Shown here one piece after another: positions 59,694 to 64,000 of a stretch of 64,000 bases of DNA. Numbering within the stretch: the first letter of the stretch is position 1; each line of letters opens with the position of its first letter. The position numbers and the translations under genes are program-made. The DNA comes from Candidatus Babeliales bacterium (GTDB lineage: Bacteria; Babelota; Babeliae; Babelales; JANWKD01), in NCBI GenBank assembly GCA_963722255.1, contig CAVRJO010000001.1, forward strand, positions 96,001 to 160,000, in the 5' to 3' direction. The notes beneath the pieces are model-generated. The model had not been told where the DNA came from. It was given only the letters and a program-made list of their open reading frames with translations, and did no database searches.

Positions 59694-60997
59694 ATGCGCC
59701 TATCAAAAATAATCTTTTTATTCTTACTAAACTTTATTGTGTATCATAAAATCCAATCGATGGAGCAAGAATCCTATGAAGAAGAAACAGATAATTATAT
59801 TGCTATTCCTAATATAATTCCTGATGAGCTCTTGTCAGAACTACACACATTTGCAAGTGGCTCAAATACACCGCTTATCTTTGATTCGCAAAAAACATTC
59901 TGTATTCAATTTGGAAAACGTAACGTTCCTTTTACCAAAACCCATAAGGTACGGTTAGCACGAAGTTCGGCCTGGGTTGCTCCAATCAATTTAAATACTG
60001 TAGAATTTTATAGGCACTTTGATATTCCCGGATTTTATTTTCCTATACGATGTGACAAGAAAGCTCGATGTAGTGGTTATATGTTTAATAGAAGGATCTA
60101 TTGTATTGAAATAGAAAATGATACTATTAATCTAAGGCACAATTACTCTACGATAACACGTATAGAAAATAGAGACCTATATTTTGATGGTCCTAATGAT
60201 AATGGCATATTTATTATAGCTGCCAATTCAAAAAAAAAGAAACAATAAAAGAAGAATACTACAAAAAATATACGCCAAAGCTCCTAGGAGCACCTCTCAT
60301 TACATTTAAAAAAAGAATACCTGCGGTTAGCGATTTTGTTTATACGACCAAGATAGGAAATTATTCAACTATGGATACAACTAACTCACCATTAGCACAT
60401 CTAAATAATTACATTAACACTACTTGTGCTCCTCTAGAACGAGGTTCGGCCGTAGCAGTTGCCCTCTGCAAAACTAAAAATCGCTATGTTATAGCAAACA
60501 ATAAGGACCAATTAACACTCCACTCAATACCAAGGACTCGATCAGCAGAAATAAAACAAATCGGTTTTGGACAATTTAAAACCTCTATCAAAAAAATAAG
60601 TTTTTTAACGCCAACTCTGTTGTTAGGCCTTATAGGAAATGGCAAACTCTTCAGCTTTAGTTTGGATGAAAAATCAAAAAAAATTCATGCAGCCAGACAA
60701 AAGATTGTAACCATGGATAAAGAACCGATTTTTTTACATACCTTTGCCGTTGATCCCTGTAATACCCATAAGATCATTTTCTGCACAAAAGATAACCGGA
60801 TTATGTATATAAATCTTACTAATTGCCATGATTCCACGCTATGGAAAAAAGGAATATTTTTGATGGAGGTAAGAGCCAAACCAAAATATCTTTGGTTCTA
60901 CGACTCTAAGGTATGCTTAGGGTATATCAATGCAGATAAAGAGGTTACAACAACCAATTACTCGCTTTATGATTTTAATTGTCATCTGAATAATTAA
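59694..60997 (+). pseudogene. Secreted beta-rich (propeller-like) protein split by a -1 frameshift at an A9 tract (60230..60238)
   Basis: ORF 59694..60248, and the frame of ORF 60371..60997 stays open upstream to 60239. Confidence 0.7.
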
Positions 60998-61189
60998 TTC
61001 GAACTAAGAAAGATATGCTTGAAATAACAATAAATCTGGTTTTGTCATTCTGAGCGGTGTTGAATGGGAAAAATGCTATACACTACCTTGAATTAATTTA
61101 TTATACTAAAAGTAAGCAACATTCAATGATCAAAAACAATAGTTTTTTGGTTGAAATATATTCATCATTCAAATTCAGCAGGAATAATC

Positions 61190-62515
61190 ATGCAACTAAT
61201 TAAATCAGCATTGTGCATCATAACAGTATTTTTATATACCGGTTCTTTTGCTCAGCATCTAGTTCGTAAAATCGATGGTGAAAAATTTTCATTTATTACA
61301 AAGATACGCATTGTACCAATCTTAAAAGAATTATGCTTACCTGCAGTAGCCCTCAATGTTTCAAATCGTATTAAACATGACCCAACCTATGATGTAACAA
61401 AATTTAAAGAATTTTTGGAAGCCCTTACAACAGCATATTCTCTAGATTCTAATAAACTAGTTTCATTGATGCATGAAGAGATCGAAGTTGAATGGAAAAA
61501 ATACTGCTCTGATACTCGAGGATATTCAATAGACCAACTTCATTTTTCGGGTAACAAATTTATCTGGACTAATAAAGTCCTTCAAAAATGGGATATTTAT
61601 GCAAAATTTAAAAATATAGAAAATAATGAACAACCAGAACCTATCGGCACTAATAATTTACGATGCTTTACTATTTCATCTCGGTTTTGCTGCACCTCTC
61701 CTATTAATAGCAGAGCTCTATTGATTAAAGATTTAGAAACAAATAAGAATGGAGAGTTTTTCATAAACAAAAATAGATTCCCAATTGGAGCTCTTGCGCT
61801 TGATCAACAAATAGTGCGGTGTGCTGTGGGTAATGATTATGGTGAAATTTTTATAGGAAAACAATATGGCGCAAATTTTAAGTTCTCCACAACCAAACCA
61901 ACGCACACTGCTTCAATTACCGCTCTTTATTTTACACCTAACTCAACGCTATTTTCATGCGATACCAAAGGTAACATTTTTGTATGGGACAATAAAAATG
62001 TTCGACACCTGCCCTTAAAACAAAAAGTTGCTTCGGTTATAAGCTCAGCAGATAGTATGCTTGTAGCATTTGCTCATGCAGGGGATGAAAACAGATCATC
62101 AATTCTCAATTGGAATGCACTAACAATTACAGAATACAATGTAGGAAAAATAGTAGCTTTCACTTCAACTAATACTATTGTAGTGCAAAATGGTGAATCA
62201 CTTTTAACCTATAATCTGAATGGCGACTTATTACAAAGTACCCAATTACGAAAAGCAGCTCGTTTATTTGGCAATGAAGTTCCTTCATCACGTGCTCCTT
62301 TATATCTAATGACAACTGAGAAAATAAAAAAAAGATTTGATAATTATGGATATGATTACACCGACTATCCTCCGAACTATCATGGACAGATGGATAGAAT
62401 AAAAATTGGCACTGAGGTAGAAATGGTTAAAACAACATTCTGGTTACCAAAACAACTTTCACCTGAAGAGCTTTATGTAAAAATTGCATCTAAAAAATCT
62501 GACATTCTAAAATAG
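61190..62515 (+). CDS. Secreted WD40-repeat protein
   Basis: Signal peptide; HTASITALYFTPNSTLFSCDTKGNIFVWD and PIGALAL..CAVGNDYGEIFI repeats. Confidence 0.75.
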   Translation: MQLIKSALCIITVFLYTGSFAQHLVRKIDGEKFSFITKIRIVPILKELCLPAVALNVSNRIKHDPTYDVTKFKEFLEALTTAYSLDSNKLVSLMHEEIEVEWKKYCSDTRGYSIDQLHFSGNKFIWTNKVLQKWDIYAKFKNIENNEQPEPIGTNNLRCFTISSRFCCTSPINSRALLIKDLETNKNGEFFINKNRFPIGALALDQQIVRCAVGNDYGEIFIGKQYGANFKFSTTKPTHTASITALYFTPNSTLFSCDTKGNIFVWDNKNVRHLPLKQKVASVISSADSMLVAFAHAGDENRSSILNWNALTITEYNVGKIVAFTSTNTIVVQNGESLLTYNLNGDLLQSTQLRKAARLFGNEVPSSRAPLYLMTTEKIKKRFDNYGYDYTDYPPNYHGQMDRIKIGTEVEMVKTTFWLPKQLSPEELYVKIASKKSDILK

Positions 62516-62526
62516 TTTTACAAAGG

Positions 62527-63267
62527 ATGAAATTCAAAATTCAGATACTTACAACAACAATTTATTTAATGTTAATTTTTTCATCTATAAAAACAAACGA
62601 AACTATTGTGCATATCATTGAAAACGAATTTAATCTAATTTCAATCCAACAACCTATTCATACTATCGCTGATAAGATAATAAATAACGATTATAAAATT
62701 ATTGGAATATTTGGACCAAGCGGAGGTGGAAAAACTACAACTGCACATACCCTATTAAACATTCTTGGTCACCATAAGGCTGTTTTAATAAGTGTTGATG
62801 ACTATTGGTGCTATACCAGAGCTGAAATGAAAGAAAAAAATTTAACCGGGTATGATTGGCAAGCACGCGATAAAAATCGATTCTTAAACGATTTAGCGTC
62901 TTTAAAACAAGGCATATCAATCGATAAACCTGTCCAAGATTATGTCTATGAACGGCCTGCACAACATACTGAACGAGTTGATGCCAAAGAAATAATTATT
63001 CTCGAAGCAACTTTGGATTTTTCAGAAATAGCAGATTTGCTTATTTTTGTTTACGCCCCTGATGAAATAATTTTTCAAAGAAGGCTAGAAAGAGATCGCT
63101 CTAAAAGTTCGTTTCATTCAATAGATGAGCTTGCAACATATCTGCGAGAAAAAAGTATCCCGGCCTATAAAAAAAATCTTCTACCATTGGCAACAACAGC
63201 AGACTTTATCTATGATACGCATGAAAATAAATTATATAAAAAACAAGAATGGAAACAACTGAAATAA
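62527..63267 (+). CDS. Uridine kinase/phosphoribulokinase-family P-loop kinase with an N-terminal hydrophobic leader
   Basis: IIGIFGPSGGGKTT, ISVDDY, PVQDY, IIILEA, RRLERD, ADFI. Confidence 0.8.
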   Translation: MKFKIQILTTTIYLMLIFSSIKTNETIVHIIENEFNLISIQQPIHTIADKIINNDYKIIGIFGPSGGGKTTTAHTLLNILGHHKAVLISVDDYWCYTRAEMKEKNLTGYDWQARDKNRFLNDLASLKQGISIDKPVQDYVYERPAQHTERVDAKEIIILEATLDFSEIADLLIFVYAPDEIIFQRRLERDRSKSSFHSIDELATYLREKSIPAYKKNLLPLATTADFIYDTHENKLYKKQEWKQLK

Positions 63268-63269
63268 GA

Positions 63270-63293
63270 GCCGCCGCTCATACGAGCGGCGGC
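63270..63293. repeat. GC-rich hairpin (IS200/IS605-end-like or terminator)
   Basis: gccgccgctc-atac-gagcggcggc, no U-tract, 200 nt from a tnpA. Confidence 0.6.
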
Positions 63294-63493
63294 ATACGGG
63301 CTACTATCCGAGAACAGCGCCCAAATTTATTCATGTTAATGTTACTCTAACACATTTAAAAATAAGTTAAAGGGGCAGCAAATAAAAAAACATAACTTTG
63401 GAACCCATTAATTCCTTAATTTTGCTTTCAGCCATTACCATTCACCATAAAGAAGAGAACAATAGTTACTAATATCTTGGGTAGTAATGGTAA

Positions 63494-63907
63494 TCATAAC
63501 AATGCGTCCTCATGATTTTCTATATATTCTTCTATCTTTGTACTATCAGTATGATTTATAACAGTCGTAACATAATATCCTGTTGCCCAAAGACTGCCGC
63601 TTAAAAAGATTTTTTGAAATCTCACGCTTTCTCTGAGTAGAACATTCGCTGTTTTGCCTTTTAACATCTGCATAAGCTTTGAAATACTTAATGAGGGCGG
63701 CACAGAAACATATAACTCAACATAATCCCTTTTAATACTACTTCCTTTTAAAATTTCAACCTTTAAAGTATGACATAATATCCTAATAATCTCCTGAATC
63801 CTGAGTGCTTCAGGACCATACAAGACTGGTTTTCGATATTTTGTTATCCATACTATACGAAAATTTAAGTTATATACACAATGTGATGCTTTTCTCAAGT
63901 GCTGCAT
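63494..63907 (-). CDS. IS200/IS605-family Y1 transposase-like protein with a degenerate HUH motif
   Basis: SHCVYNL..IVWITKYRKPVL, VSVPP, LKGKTA, LWATGYYV, EYIENH; DHVH replaced by DYVE. Confidence 0.85.
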   Translation of the reverse strand: MQHLRKASHCVYNLNFRIVWITKYRKPVLYGPEALRIQEIIRILCHTLKVEILKGSSIKRDYVELYVSVPPSLSISKLMQMLKGKTANVLLRESVRFQKIFLSGSLWATGYYVTTVINHTDSTKIEEYIENHEDALL

Positions 63908-64000
63908 AATATCCCTAAAACATTAAATGACCTCAGTCTCTACACTCTGCTTTGCATCCAACTGACTTTCAGGCAAATCAAGCTCATGTTTCTTTCTAAC

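Noticed and set aside
1187..62962. Numerous 60-140 aa ORFs nested in or antisense to long genes (e.g. 10828..11130, 21825..22157, 27176..27595, 53225..53476)
   Set aside because: They overlap well-supported genes and lack motifs; consistent with frame shadows
49905..63907. TnpB/IscB RNA-guided system associated with the IS200 copies
   Set aside because: No tnpB or iscB ORF adjoins any of the three tnpA copies within the window

Overview
AT-rich bacterial chromosome segment. The gene content (ankyrin and WD40 proteins, many signal-peptide orphans, beta-helix paralogs, nutrient importers) suggests an intracellular parasite of protists, most likely Candidatus Dependentiae/Babelota (TM6); this placement is inference. 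Housekeeping genes: uvrA, rodA, ruvB-yebC-yicC, dnaE, pheS, galU, brnQ, nupC, prfA-rpmE, and tRNA-His, -Pro and -Phe. Accessory content: an MNT-HEPN pair, a DUF1016 nuclease, a TrpR-like regulated amino-acid ABC operon, several IS200/IS3/DDE remnants and frameshifted genes. Most notable observations: (1) an unannotated ~300-nt highly structured ncRNA candidate on the minus strand at ~42.3-42.7 kb, with its own sigma70 promoter, an rRNA-type boxA, a closing stem, several GAAA tetraloops and a terminator; (2) a signal-peptide protein (25786..26937) ending in proline-rich/SH3-ligand motifs and a WH2-Central-Acidic module, i.e. a WASP/RickA-like Arp2/3 activator mimic; (3) four tandem secreted CC-repeat coiled-coil + beta-helix proteins bracketed by a 57-bp direct repeat that duplicates the start of the downstream prohibitin gene; (4) end-less internal IS fragments spliced into host genes; (5) a recurring signal-peptide/Met-Glu junction and SOCS-box-like motifs in candidate effectors.
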